This document shows, in pieces, positions 23,368 to 36,403 of a DNA stretch of 64,000 nt. The translations under genes and the position numbers were made by a program. Each line of letters begins with the position of its first letter. Within the stretch, counting starts at the first letter, position 1. Source of the stretch: Eledone cirrhosa (Eukaryota); assembly GCA_964016885.1 (NCBI GenBank), contig OZ024759.1, positions 14,260,001 through 14,324,000 on the forward strand, written 5' to 3'. The notes beneath the pieces are model-generated. The model saw only the letters and a list, made by a program, of their open reading frames with translations, was not told where the DNA came from and did no database searches.

Positions 23368-25880
23368 ATGTTGTTGGTGGTGTTGTTGTTGGTGTTGGTG
23401 GTGGTGTTGGTAGTAGTGGTGGTGTTGGTGGTGTTGTTGTTGGTGGTGCTAGTGGTGGTGGTGTTGTTGTTGGTGGTGCTGGTAGTAGTGGTGTTGGTGG
23501 TGCTAGTGGTGGTGATGTTGTTGTTGGTGGTGTTGTTGGTGGTGCTGGTAGTAGTGATGTTGTTGGTGGTGCTAGTGGTGGTGGTGTTGTTGTTGGTGGT
23601 GTTGTTGGTGGTGCTGGTAGTAGTGGTGTTGTTGGTGGTGTTGTTGGTGGTGCTGGTGGTAGTGGTGTTGTTGGTGGTGCTAGTGGTGGTGGTGTTGTTG
23701 TTGTTGGTGTTGTTGGTGGTGTTGGTAGTAGTGGTGTTGGTGGTGGTGTTGTTGGTGGTGCTGTTGGTGGTGCTAGTGGTGGTGGTGTTGTTGGTGGTGC
23801 TGGTAGTAGTGGTGTTGTTGGTGGTGCTAGTGGTGGTGGTGTTGTTGGTGGTGTTGGTAGTAGTGGTGTTGTTGGTGGTGCTAGTGGTGGTGGTGTTGTT
23901 GTTGGTGGTGTTGTTGGTGGTGCTGGTGGTAGTGGTGTTGTTGGTGGTGCTAGTGGTGGTGGTGTTGTTGTTGGTGGTGTTGTTGGTGGTGCTGGTAGTA
24001 GTGGTGTTGTTGGTGGTGCTAGTGGTGGTGGTGGTGTTGTTGGTGGTGTTGTTGGTGGTGCTGGTAGTAGTGGTGTTGTTGGTGGTGCTAGTGGTGGTGG
24101 TGGTGTTGTTGGTGGTGTTGGTAGTAGTGGTGTTGTTGGTGGTGCTAGTGGTGGTGGTGGTGTTGATGGTGGTGCTGGTAGTAGTGGTGTTGTTGGTGGT
24201 GCTGGTGGTGGTGGTGTTGTTGTTGGTGGTGCTGGTAGTAGTGGTGTTGTTGGTGGTGCTGGTAGTAGTGGTGTTGTTGGTGTTGGTGGTGGTGTTGTTG
24301 TTGGTGGTGTTGTTGGTGGTGCTGGTAGTAGTGGTGTTGTTGGTGGTGCTGGTAGTAGTGGTGTTGTTGGTGGTGCTAGTGGTGGTGGTGTTGTTGTTGG
24401 TGGTGTTGTTGGTGGTGCTGGTAGTAGTGGTGTTGTTGGTGGTGTTGTTGTTGGTGGTGTTGTTGATGGTGCTGGTAGTAGTGGTGTTGTTGGTGGTGCT
24501 GGTGGTGGTGGTGTTGTTGGTGGTGGTGTTGGTAGTAGTGGTGTTGTTGGTGGTGCTAGTGGTGGTGGTGGTGTTGTTGGTGGTGTTGGTAGTAGTGGTG
24601 TTGTTGGTGGTGCTGGTGGTGGTGGTGTTGTTGGTGGTGGTGTTGTTGGTGGTGCTGGTAGTAGTGGTGTTGTTGGTGGTGCTAGTGGTGGTGGTGTTGT
24701 TGTTGGTGGTGGTGTTGGTGGTGTTGGTAGTAGTGGTGTTGTTGGTGGTGCTAGTGGTGGTGGTGTTGTTGGTGGTGGTGTTGGTAGTAGTGGTGTTGTT
24801 AGTGGTGGTGGTGTTGTTGGTGCTGCTGTTGTTGGTGGTGGTGTTGTTGGTGTTGTTGGTGGTGCTGGTGGTGGTGGTGTTGGTGCTGTTGTTGGTGTTG
24901 TTGGTGGTGCTAGTGGTGGTGTTGTTGGTGGTGCTGTTGTTGGTGGTGGTGTTGTTGGTGGTGCTAGTGGTGGTGGTGTTGTTGGTAGTAGTGGTGTTGT
25001 TAGTGGTGCTAGTGGTGGTGGTGTTGTTGGTGCTGCTGTTGTTGGTGGTGGTGTTGTTGGTGGTGCTAGTGGTGGTGGTGTTGTTGGTAGTAGTGGTGTT
25101 GTTAGTGGTGGTGGTGTTGTTGGTGCTGCTGTTGTTGGTGGTGGTGTTGTTGGTGTTGTTGGTGGTGCTGGTGGTGGTGGTGTTGGTGCTGTTGTTGGTG
25201 TTGTTGGTGGTGCTAGTGGTGGTGTTGTTGGTGGTGCTGTTGTTGGTGGTGGTGTTGTTGGTGGTGCTAGTGGTGGTGGTGTTGTTGGTAGTAGTGGTGT
25301 TGTTAGTGGTGCTAGTGGTGGTGGTGTTGTTGGTGGTGCTGTTGTTGGTGGTGGTGTTGTTGGTGGTGCTAGTGGTGGTGGTGTTGTTGGTAGTAGTGGT
25401 GTTGTTAGTGGTGCTAGTGGTGGTGGTGTTGTTGGTGCTGCTGTTGTTGGTGGTGGTGTTGTTGGTGGTGCTAGTGGTGGTGGTGTTGTTGTTGGTGTTG
25501 GTGGTGGTGTTGTTGTTGGTGGTGTTGTTGGTGGTGCTGGTAGTGGTGGTGTTGTTGGTGGTGCTAGTGGTGGTGGTGTTGTTGTTGGTGTTGGTGGTGG
25601 TGTTGTTGTTGGTGGTGTTGTTGGTGGTGCTGGTAGTAGTGGTGTTGTTGGTGGTGCTAGTGGTGGTGGTGTTGTTGGTGGTGCTGTTGTTGGTGGTGGT
25701 GTTGTTGGTGGTGCTAGTGGTGTTGGTGGTGTTGTTGGTGGTGGTGTTGCTATTGTTGTCATCATTGATAGGTGTGGTGACGATGTTGATGATGATGTTG
25801 ATTGTAATGATGTTACATGGTGATGATGTTGACTATGATGATGATAGTGGTGGTGGTGGTGGTGGTGGTGGCAGTGGTGG
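23368..25880. repeat. 2.5-kb GGT/GTT/GCT/AGT cryptic triplet satellite (PRDM4 intron 4)
   Basis: Direct inspection; begins 17 nt after the exon-4 donor. Confidence 0.97.
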
Positions 25881-26064
25881 ATACAATAATACTGATGATA
25901 ACGATGTGTCACCTGTCTTATGTCTTCTTACTCCTGCTCAATGGAATTGTTTCTACTATTGGCACACGGCCAGCAATTAATCTAGTGCATTGCATTACTG
26001 GTATTTAGAACTCAGACCATAAAGGGGCGTAACTCTATGCAGGAAAGCATGGCGTCCGACCCTC

Positions 26065-26497
26065 TACCACCACCGCTAGCACCACCACCACCATCACCAC
26101 CACCACCACCACCACTACCACCAGCACCACCATCACCACCACCACCAACACCACCAACACTATCACCATCACCACCACCACGATCACCACCACCATCACC
26201 ACCACCATCACCACCATCACCACTGCCACCATCACCATCACCACCACCACTAGCACCACCACCACCACCACCACCACCACCACCACCACCATCACCACTG
26301 CCACCATCACCACCATCACCACCACCACTACCACCAACACCACCACCACCACAAACTCTATCACCACCACCAACACTATCACCACCACCAACACTATCAC
26401 CACCACCAACACTATCACCACCACCACCACCACCACCACCACTGCCGCCGCCACTACCACCAACACCATCACCACCACCACCACCACCACTACCATC
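26065..26497. repeat. ACC/ATC triplet tract upstream of the exon-5 acceptor
   Basis: Direct inspection; opposite orientation to the 23368-25880 tract. Confidence 0.95.
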
Positions 26498-26523
26498 CAA
26501 TTTTTCTGTTCTCTGTTTTGCAG

Positions 26524-26700
26524 TCTGTCTAGAATGTAACAGCAATAACAACAACAGCAGCAGCAAGGATCTATGTCAGATCCATAGTATAGATTACTGT
26601 GATATACCTGATAGCCCTATCCTCTCACGGGCCCGTCTTTCACTACCTTATCTTCTTTACCTGAAGAATACCTCAGCTCATGGTTACAGCGACACTCCAG
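26524..26700 (+). CDS. PRDM4: PRDM4 coding exon 5 (PR zinc knuckle)
   Basis: ctgttttgcag acceptor; CLEC...CQIH...IPDSPILSRARLSLP matches the PRDM4-type knuckle followed by PDxPIxSRARLSLP; donor cag|gtcagt; 177 nt, phase 1-1. Confidence 0.9.
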
Positions 26701-27298
26701 GTCAGTAGTTTATTTTCTTCATCTCTGTTATAAATTTTCTTTCACATGAAAAAAAACCTACAATGTTTCATCCTGTGCCATCTTTAATGTTTTCTTAATG
26801 TGAGCCCTGTGTGGCTAATAAAGAAATCATTATTATTGCTTGCCATTCTGAGTTCAAATCCCGCCGAGGTTAACTTTGCCTTTCATCCTTACGGGGTCGA
26901 TAAAATAAAGTACCAGTAATACACTGGGTTAATTGCTAGCCTTGTGCCAATAGTAGAAACAATTATTATTATTATATAATAATAAGGGTGGTGTATTGGC
27001 AGTAACGGTAGAGGGTTGGATGCCATGCTTTCTAGCATAGTTACATCCCTTTAGAGTCTGAGTTCAAATCCCGCCGAGGTTAACTTTGCCTTTCATCCTT
27101 ACGGGGTCGATAAAATAAAGTACCAGTAATGCACTGAGATAATTGCTGGCCTTGTGCCAATATTAGAAACAATTATTCTTATTATATAATAATGATTTCT
27201 TTATTAGCCACAATGTGATGTACTGGGTAATTGCTGGCCTTGTGCCAAATGTAGAAACAATTATTATATATATAGATATAGTTAAATAATTAGATATA

Positions 27299-27672
27299 TT
27301 TCTTTATTAGCCACAGGGGCACAAAAGAAGGGGACAAGTACAAAGGGGGAAGTTTACATACAATAAAAACGTGTAAAATGTTATCACAAATGGAATTTAA
27401 AAAGTTAGTCGATTTTCCCCAATAGGGGGAGACAGTTTATATGGGTAACACATACCCCCGAAAAAAAATGTGCAACCCTCATCTCCAGGAGTACGAAGGG
27501 TTTGTACTCCTTTCCTCTCCTCCTCCTTTTCCTCAACCTACAGGCTGATATAGAGAGAAGGCCCATTCACTCGGGCCATTCTCGCCACTTTCACCCACCT
27601 TTCATAAAACTTGCTGGGGTACAGCACTTCTCTCTCCATCCTGATTCTTCTTCCAAAGTGGTATTTGAAAAA
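27299..27672 (-). mobile_element. Tx1/L1-like LINE 3' fragment, subfamily B
   Basis: Reverse complement of about 54985-55358; TATC-like sequence on both flanks. Confidence 0.8.
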
Positions 27673-27967
27673 TTAGATAGGTAGATAATATAGTCTGTAC
27701 AATTGGTTACCCCTTCCGTCCTAATTGCTGGCTATGTGCCAATATTAGTAATAATAATAATTGTTTCTACTTTTGGCACAAGGTACGTTACTGGTACGTT
27801 ACCAGTACGTTACTGGTGCTTTATTTTATCGACCCTCTAAGGATGAAATGCAAAGTTAACCTCGGTGGGATTTGAACTCAAATCGTTATTAGAAATAATG
27901 ATAATAACTATTAGAAATAATAATAATAATAACTATTACTTACTTGGTTTCTTCTGTCTCTTGCTAG

Positions 27968-28083
27968 GCGTCTGGTCGAAGGAGCCCATTCCATGTCGAA
28001 GTAGGTTTGGTCCTTTGGTTGCGAGACTAAAGGGAAAGTGTTCTGTGGACATAGAAAAGATATCTGATTTCCCTATTTGGATG
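27968..28083 (+). CDS. PRDM4: PRDM4 coding exon 6 (PR/SET domain N-half)
   Basis: ctcttgctag acceptor; GVWSKEPIPCRSRFGPL...PIWM (GVW...FGP PR motif); donor atg|gtaagt, phase 0. Confidence 0.92.
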
Positions 28084-28849
28084 GTAAGTATATGATTTAT
28101 CCTCACACCACACCATACCTCCAGTTTGACACTATCACCATCAACTCCACTACTACCACCACCATCACCGCCAATAACAATACCACTAACAACATCAGCA
28201 CCAACAACACCCATAAACATCAGCAACACTACCACCACCACTGTCACTGCCACAATCACTATCACCATCACGACCACTATCACACCAACATAAACATATG
28301 AATTGTATTAAAGATCAATCAATATGACATTTTAAATGTTTTAATTTCAAGTTATATATATATATATATGACAGCTGCATAAAAAAGTGCAGAGCTCTCA
28401 AAGTCGATGGAAGCCTTGGAGTGGGGACACCCAGGAAGACTTGCTATGAGGTGATAAAAGTTGACCTTGCCCAAATGTACCTCTCAAAGGGGATGACACA
28501 GTACCGAGATCTCTGACATTACACAGTTATACAGAAGACCCGTCTTCCCACAGGTACAGGCTGAAACTGAAGCATATATACAGTATGCACCAACCCACCC
28601 CACCTCACCCTCCCATACATCTCCCATGAGGGCAGTACAAAGTATACATCCAGTGAAGCCCCAAGCCCACACTGTAAAGTGGTCGTGTAGGTGTCAAGGA
28701 AAAATCACCCAGCCCACACTGTAAAGTGGTCATGTAGGTCATCATCATCATCACCATCATCATCATTTTATGTCCGCTTTTCCCTGCTTGCAAGGGTGGG
28801 ACGGGTCCTATTCAGCATGTTTTTTGTGGTCTTCCTCTACTGTGTCTTC

Positions 28850-31560
28850 CTTCTACTGGGATTTCTTGGCACTTCTTTACCCATCGGTCATCCTCCATGT
28901 CCATACCATCACAGTCTTCTCTCCTGCACACTACAACTTATCCCTCTTATACTCAGTTTCTCTTTCAACTCATCTATGCTTGGTCGTTCACGCACATTGA
29001 CATTGCACATCCAACGGAACATGCTTGCTTCATTTCTCTCCAGCTGTCGCACATCCTCTGCAGTTGCTGCCCATGTCTCACAACCATGCAGCATCGCGCA
29101 TCTCACGCAGGCATCATATAACTGGCTTTTCGTACGCAGGGAGAAACCCTTCTTTGTCAACAGAGGAAGCAGCTCCCTACACTTCTTCCAACCCGTCCTT
29201 ATTCTAGATACTATGGCCTCGGAATACCCCCCCCCCCCATGCTAATCTGATCATCTAGGTACTGGAAGCTATCAACCACTTCTATAGAACCCACCTGCAT
29301 TTGAAAAATGTGTCTATCACTGCAACTTCTGCTGTCAAATTTCCCTGTACATCTACTGCATACGTAGTTTTCCCTACCTCTTAGTTTGCCTACTATCCCA
29401 CTACATCTCTTGTTTACCCAAGATCTGTATTGTGTACATTTTATAGAATTTATGCCAGTTTCTTTTCTACATATCGAACATGGCCATTTCCCTGATGGAA
29501 TCAGAGTTTTGTCCTCTTTTCTACTTATCAACACTTTTGTCTTAGCTATGTTCACTCTCAGTCCTCTTGATTCCAACTGCTGTTTCCAAAGCCAGAATTT
29601 ATTCTCTAGCTCCTCTACTGATTCTGTTATAAGAACCAGATTGTCAGCATAGAGAAGTTCCCATAGGCAGTCAGTCTTAAACTCCTCTGTTATGGCTTGG
29701 AGGACTATAATGAACAAGAGCGGGCTGAGGACCGAACGCTGAAGTACTCCTACTTGTATCTGGAATTCCTCAATAAACTCCATTCCTACTCTCACTTTAC
29801 TGACAGCACCTCTGTACATAGCTTGCACTGTCCTCACAAACCATTCCTCTACACCTAGTTTCCTTAGGGACCACCAGATGACAGATCTGGGGGTACCCTA
29901 TCAAAGGCCTTCTCTAGGTCAACAAAAGCTAGGTATAGTGGCTTATTCTTCTCTAAGAACCTCTCTTGTAGTCGTCTCACTAAGAAGAGGGCATCTGTTG
30001 TATTTTTCCCAGGCACAAAACCAAACTGCATCTCATCTAATTTGACCCTTTCTGTAATTAGTTGCGCTAATATTCTCTCTGCCACTTTCATAACCTGATC
30101 CATCAGTTTCATACCCCTATAATTGCTCCTCTCCAGAACATCCCCTTTACCTTTGTAGCAATTTATGAGAATACTGCTGCACCAGTCTTTGGGTATGACA
30201 CTACCATATATAGCCTAATTGATGATGCGTGCAACCAGTTGAGTACCTACTTCTCCTGATGCCTTCAGCATCTCAGCAACTATCCCCAATAGTCCAGCAG
30301 CTTTACCATTTTTCATTTCCTTAATTGCCTCTTGGACCCTATATTCGTCAATCTCAATAGCTGGTCCCTCTCTCAGGTCTACTGGGGGTAATTTCTCTCT
30401 CTCCCATTTGTTCTCCACATTCATCAGTCTTTCATAATGACATTTCCTTTTTCTGATCATTCGTGACACTAAGTACACCAGCATCATTCCGGACACACTT
30501 ATCTCCAACAACATCCTGATTTACACTGACACACTGCCTTGCAATGTGGAACACTGCACGTCTCTGATCTTCCCGTCACAGAACATTGGCAAACCTCCTA
30601 CTCTCAGCCTCCCTGTGTGCTAAGTACACCTGATGTCTAGCTTCTCTCTTAGCAGCTGTGTATCGGTCTCTACTCCCACCATTTTTCCAAGCGTTCCATG
30701 CTAGTCTTTTGTCTCTAATGGACCTATCTACCTTCCTTTTCCACACCTTCCTGTATGTCTCATTTTGTCTCTTGCTTACTGAGATATCACTAACGACTGA
30801 CCTATGTTGTGGGGTACATTCTTCCCCAGGGTATGCCTTAGTATTTGACTCCATCTGTCTGTCTCACTGCCTAACTAGTAAGAAGTCAATCTGGCTTATG
30901 TGTTCGCCTAATTTGTAGGTTATTAGATGGTTGGTAGGTTTTTTGAAATTAATGTTGCAAATGGTTAATGCACTTGCATCACAAAATTCAAGAAGCCTCA
31001 CTCCTTCTTCCTTTCTTGAGCCATAACTGTGCCCAACATGAACCCCAGTGTATCCATCCTGGAGCTGTCCAACATGACCATTGAAGTTCCATGCTAACAT
31101 AGCGATGTCTCCGTCCTCTGTCATTGTGGCTGTTTCTAAATGCTGCTCATAAAAGCAGTCTTTCTCTTCTTTACCTAGGCTTGCCTGGGGAGCATAGGTA
31201 GAGATGATTGTCAGCAGTCTCTTGCCTACAACTAATCTAAGCTTAATTATTCTATTACTAACTCTAACTACCTCTATTGTCTTATCGATCCATCTCTCAA
31301 CCAGTAAAATGCCTACTCCACCTAACCCATCATCATTGCCTACCCAGAAAACCTTGTAACTAAGATGTTTGCCTGCGACTAGTCTCGCTGAGGCACCTCT
31401 CCATGTCACCTCTTGCATGCAGCACACATCCACATGCCTTCTCTCTAGCATTTCCAATATCTCACCAGATATCTCCTATATCTCACTTGCTAAAGTGCCA
31501 ACATTAAGTGTGTCAACTCTGAGATGTGACGTCTTCATATTCTTGTTCTTGTTCCTGTTG
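28850..31560 (-). mobile_element. Long degenerate RTE-clade LINE (APE endonuclease, RT, PHD-like finger) in PRDM4 intron 6
   Basis: TLNVGTL, VCCMQEVTW, GVGILL, IISTYAPQ, IDFLLV (APE); QFGF, VDLEKAFD, LYADN (RT); MLHGCETW. Multiple frameshifts and deletions. Confidence 0.92.
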
Positions 31561-32934
31561 TGCGATTGCTTGATGACGGTCGGAGGGTTCTCGCACATGG
31601 CCACACCAGCTAGCCCACTACCATGCACAGCCCTAACATGGTTAGTGTTATTGCTGTTTACGCAGTTGTTGCAATTCTCATTTGTTGTGCACATAGTTTT
31701 TGGCATTAATATATACTGGTTGGATGCCCTTCCTAACACCAGCACCACTTTACAGCATGGACTGGGTGCTTTTATTTGTGCCACCAGCACTAAAGAGGTT
31801 GTCATGGCAAAAAGCACCCAGCCCACACTGTAAAGTAGTCGTGATGGTGGCATCGTAAAAAGCACCCAGTCCACACTGTAAAGTTGTCATGTTGTAACAT
31901 GACAAAAAACACCCAGTACTCACTGTAAATGAGGTTGGCGTTAGGAAGGGCATCCAGCTATAGAAACCAACCCCAAATCAGTTCTGCATGTGCAAGAGAT
32001 GGTCAGCTGACCTAGCATAGCCCACAGCAACTTGTCTAACCCATGCTAGTAAGGAAAAACTGACAAAGCGGTGATGATGATATATAAATACAAAAACGCT
32101 TATATACACATTTAAAATGTCATATTGATTTTTAATACCTGGTGGTTGTTTCTAATTGAACCATTGAATTTCTACAGGGTCAGCATGTAAATAGTAATTT
32201 TTGAAGGGTAAGGAAAACCTCCATTCCTTAGAAATACACGTCACTCCTTTAGAAATTACAGCAAGTAAAGAATTTTATAAGAGTTGAATCCCTTGATCAA
32301 CGTGTAGTGTAGAGTTCTTTCCCATATTTTTTACTCATTTAGTTTGAAATAATATACATAGCAAAATTTCAGTGAATTTGTAGGGTTGTTAGATCTGAAG
32401 AGCAGGTGGGCTCTGCTATCTTTAAAATATACCCAAGAAACCCTGTATGATAGTACGGTGCCCCTACGTCTCTATCAAGAGTTATGGGTCCATATATACA
32501 TACCCACACATATACATACAGAAGTACATACCCTCACACATACATACAGACATACCCACACACAGATATATAGACATACCTACACACCACACACATTAAT
32601 GCATACACATACATACTCATATACATACACACATACATGCATACACACATACATTCATATACACACACATTCATACATTCACACATATACTTACATCATG
32701 CATACATAGGACCTTTTACACAATGTGGCTGTAGTTGCTGCAGATAATAATAATTTTATTATACAGAACAAGGGCGGTGCCCCAGCATGGCCTCAGCTGG
32801 CTGGCTGGAACAGGTAAAAGAGTAAAAGAGAAACTATGTAATATGTCAGCTGCAGCTTGATAACTTCTATGTTCTCCATTTTGTGGCTTGTGAAGACTGT
32901 AAGTTCATACTGTCTTGTTCTGAAGAGGCTAATT

Positions 32935-33064
32935 CCTTGCTGATGAAGCTGCTCTGAGCCAATTACTTAATACTTAATAGCATTACATAATTGCTGTGCA
33001 CATCAGCTCCATATGGACTGTTGCCAGCAGGTGGAGTAGCAGAAACTAATGCATTACTACAGGG
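32935..33064 (+). ncRNA. Hammerhead motif with long stem-II insertion
   Basis: CCTTG-CTGATGA-AGCTGCTCT...GGAGTAGCA-GAAA-C-TAATGCATTA-C-TA-CAGGG; stems I and II pair, stem III palindromic with one C-C mismatch. Confidence 0.6.
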
Positions 33065-33254
33065 CTAAAGAATCAAACTCTACACCCACACAAAATCGTT
33101 TTTCTGACTATATAACATATAAATGCACACTCTGCTTTCCTTTTGGCTGGTATCTTAATGATACTGGCTTAATTAGAGCTTTGGGTGTGTGGGAAAACGA
33201 TCAAAGGTACTTTGGGCCAATCCGATGACTTCATTTCAGTATTATATATATATA

Positions 33255-33760
33255 CTAGCCGAATTACCTGCGCCTTGCTGTGTTTCACACATTTTTTTTG
33301 TAAGAAAATGATGATTGATTTTAAATCAGTGATATAATTTATGGAGAAAAACTCTGCATTTCAACATTACTCAATGTAAAATGTAATACATGAAAAATTG
33401 GAAAACATTATTTTTTGTAATATATCAAATGAAAAATTACATTATTAAATCTTATTCTTATTTTGTTTCTTGTAAATAATCTTTTTCAAAATATTAATTC
33501 AAAACTTTTGTGAATAGGCATCATATCTTGTCATTTATCTATAGTTTAAATTTCATATAAATCGAAGGGAAAACATTTTCAGCGGGGGTTTGTGCCCCCG
33601 GGGAGCCCTTTGATTAAAATGAAATATACTTATCCAAGTACCCTGGGCAATGTAGTTTCAGAATATATATGATTATGGGAGGTCTATCTCCAAAACCATA
33701 GGAGGAGTTCGTGAACAAACAAACAAACAAACAGACAGGAACTACAACTTTATATATATA
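33255..33760 (-). mobile_element. Non-autonomous Helitron-like element (Lep1-like layout)
   Basis: Minus-strand 3' end ...gcgcaggtaattcggCTAG followed by T; (TTTG)n/CTGT microsatellite near the other end; sits in TA repeats. Confidence 0.5.
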
Positions 33761-33804
33761 TATATATACATACACACATATACATATATACATATACAAG
33801 CATA

Positions 33805-35090
33805 TTCCAAACATGGAAGCATAACCTAGAATCAAAAGGCCTTAAAGTTAACTTGTCTAAGACTAAAGTTCTAGTATGTAGAAAGGAAAATAGGGCACAG
33901 GTGCCCTCTGGGAAATGGCCATGCTCAGTGTGTAGGAAAGGAGTAGGTAGAAATTCCATTTTATGTCCCAAATGTAAACTATGGGTACATAAAAGATGTA
34001 GTGGGATCACAGGTAAGCTATCTAAGAACGTTGATTTTATATGTGGCTAATGCTCAGGTGCAATAAGTAGCAAGTGCCCACAGGATACTAGCTCCTTCTA
34101 TTGCCCAGATAGTTCTATAGAAATAGTGGACACTTTCCATTACCTGGGTGACAAAAGCAACAGTGGTGGAGGGTGCTCTGAAAGTACAGTAGCCAGAGTC
34201 AGAACAGGATGGAAAAAGTTCAGAGAGATTATATCGCTGTTAGTCACAAAAGGTTTCTCTCTAAAAATGAAAGACAGATTGTATGATGCCTGTATATGAA
34301 CAGCAATGTTACATGGCAGTGAGACATGGGTATTGTGTGCAGAGGACCTGCGCAGACTGGAAAGGAACAAAGCATGCATGCTCCGTTGGATATGTAATAG
34401 TAATATACGCGAACGGCAAAACATAAATGAACTAAGTGAGAAATTAGGAATAAGAGGGATCAGATGCTGTTTAGTCGAGAGAAGACTACGTTGGTATGGT
34501 CATGTGATGCGCATGAAAGACAACAGCTGTATAAAAAAGTGCAGGGCAATCAAAATTGATGGAAGTTACGGAGTAGGTAGACCCAGAAAAACCTGGGACA
34601 ATTTGATAAATTCCGACCTTACACACTTGTGCCTCTCTAAGACAATGTCACTGGACCGAGATCTTTGGCGCCATGCAGTAATACAGAAGACCCGCCTTGC
34701 CTATGTACGAAGCAAAACCTACAGTCAGTAGGCATCTCTTAACCAAATATACACCCCAACCCACTACCCCTACTCCACCCTCCCACTCCCACCAACATCA
34801 CCCTTTCTCTGTAAAGTTATGTTGGTACCATAATATCCAGCCCAAACCAATGAGGTTGTGTAGGTGTCACAACAAAAACACACACACACACACACAGTCC
34901 ACGCAGTAATGTAGCCATGTAGGTAACACGGTAAAAACCTCCCAGTCCACACTGTAAATGTGGTTGGTGTTAGGAAGGGCATCCAGCCATAGAAAACCCG
35001 CCAGACAGTCCTATACGAGCGAGACACGGTCACCCGACCAATCTTGCCTCAAGTGGAAGATATACGTTAAACGATGATGATGATGATGAT
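33805..35090 (+). mobile_element. RTE-clade LINE 3' portion plus RTE-derived tail ending in (GAT)n
   Basis: GLKVNLSKTK, WPCSVCRKGVGRNSILC, FHYLGD, MLHGSETW, RRLRWYGHV, GRPRKTW; in-frame stops. Confidence 0.9.
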
Positions 35091-35280
35091 GGTGCATACA
35101 CACATACATACATATGCACACATTTACATACCACATACATACATCCACAAATATACACACACCCAACACCTTTTATGTTTTCATCCAGATTTAATTATTG
35201 GTGTGCCTATAAATTTCCCATGACCTACAAAAATCTTACCCACTATTAACTAACTCTCCTGCAACCTTTCTTAATTTCAG

Positions 35281-35497
35281 ATCTTTTCCATGGAAGGACC
35301 AGTTGCTGATGTACTTGATGTCAGTGATGAGAACGAGTGTAACTGGATGATGTTCGTGAAACCTGCGCGGACACCAGAAGAACAGAACCTGGTAGCATAC
35401 CAACAGCAGTATAGTATTTACTTCATGACGTGTTGTGATGTCCAACCCCATCAAGAGCTCCTAGTCTGGTACGCCAACGACTATGCCAGTGCATTAG
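35281..35497 (+). CDS. PRDM4: PRDM4 coding exon 7 (PR/SET domain C-half)
   Basis: ttaatttcag acceptor; DENECNWMMFVKPARTPEEQNLVAY...ELLVWY, close to the vertebrate PRDM4 segment as I recall it (DENECNWMMFV...EEQNLVAY); donor tag|gtatgg. Confidence 0.95.
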
Positions 35498-36177
35498 GTA
35501 TGGCTGAGTACTTTATTTTGTTTTGACAACTTCTCTGCACTTGATAGAATGTCTGAGTGTATGTAAGTGAGATGTAGACCCACTTGGCCTTTCTGGGAAG
35601 TCAGTAGCCCTGCTTCGGTACTGACTTGGTCTATGTAGACCCATTTAACCCTTGGTAGCAAGGAAAACGGACGTTAAATGATGATGATGATATGTTTCAG
35701 GTGGGTTTTTGTCTAAACCAGTGGTTCCCAAACCATTTTATTATCACATATCTTGTTCATTTAAATCCTTTCATACCACGGGAAGAGCATCCAACCATGG
35801 AGGGCTTGCCAAACAAAGGGTTTGGATGATCCATCAGTTGTGTCAAGGACATGACAACCTCACTAGTGTTTGGTGATCTACACAATGAACACATTCAGTA
35901 CATGCTGTAAAGTGGTTGATGATAAAGTGGTTCTATGATCAAGCCATAGAAATCTTGCCAAACAAAGGGTTGGGCGAGGACCCTCAGTTGTATCAATGAC
36001 CTGACACCTCTCCTGTGCACTTGGTGGAACATGAGACCGTACTTGACGAGACACAGATCCCTGGCCTATCTGGAAGATCAGTAGCCCCACTTTAGTACTG
36101 ACTTGGTCTGTGTAGACCTGTCCAGTCCTTGCTAGCAGGGCAAGCAGATGTTAAAAACAATGATGATGATGAAGATG

Positions 36178-36383
36178 ATTGAAAATTGAATGTGAAGCTT
36201 TCACTGTATATTGACTAGAGAAAATAATTCAATATTAGGGCATATGAACCCCCATAATGGATAAAATCAGCATTAGTATGTGTGCTAATGACCATTTTAT
36301 TAGTTATGAGGGTTTGTATGCTCTAATATTAGACTATTTTCTATAGTCAGTATATGGCAAAAGCTTCTAATTCTATTTTCAAT
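36178..36383. repeat. About 205-bp imperfect palindrome (fold-back element)
   Basis: Left arm attgaaaattgaat..gaagcttt..gacta..aatattagggcata..cattag pairs end to end with the right arm. Confidence 0.8.
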
Positions 36384-36403
36384 ATATATATATATATATT
36401 AGA

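Noticed and set aside
23366-25980. 848-aa Pro/Thr-rich (-) and 870-aa Val/Leu-rich (+) ORFs
   Set aside because: By-products of a stop-free triplet satellite lying wholly within PRDM4 intron 4; open on both strands, no domain.
26037-26523. Poly-proline N-terminal part of the 223-aa ORF
   Set aside because: Intronic ACC tract; the true exon starts after the ttttgcag acceptor at 26523, in phase with exon 4.
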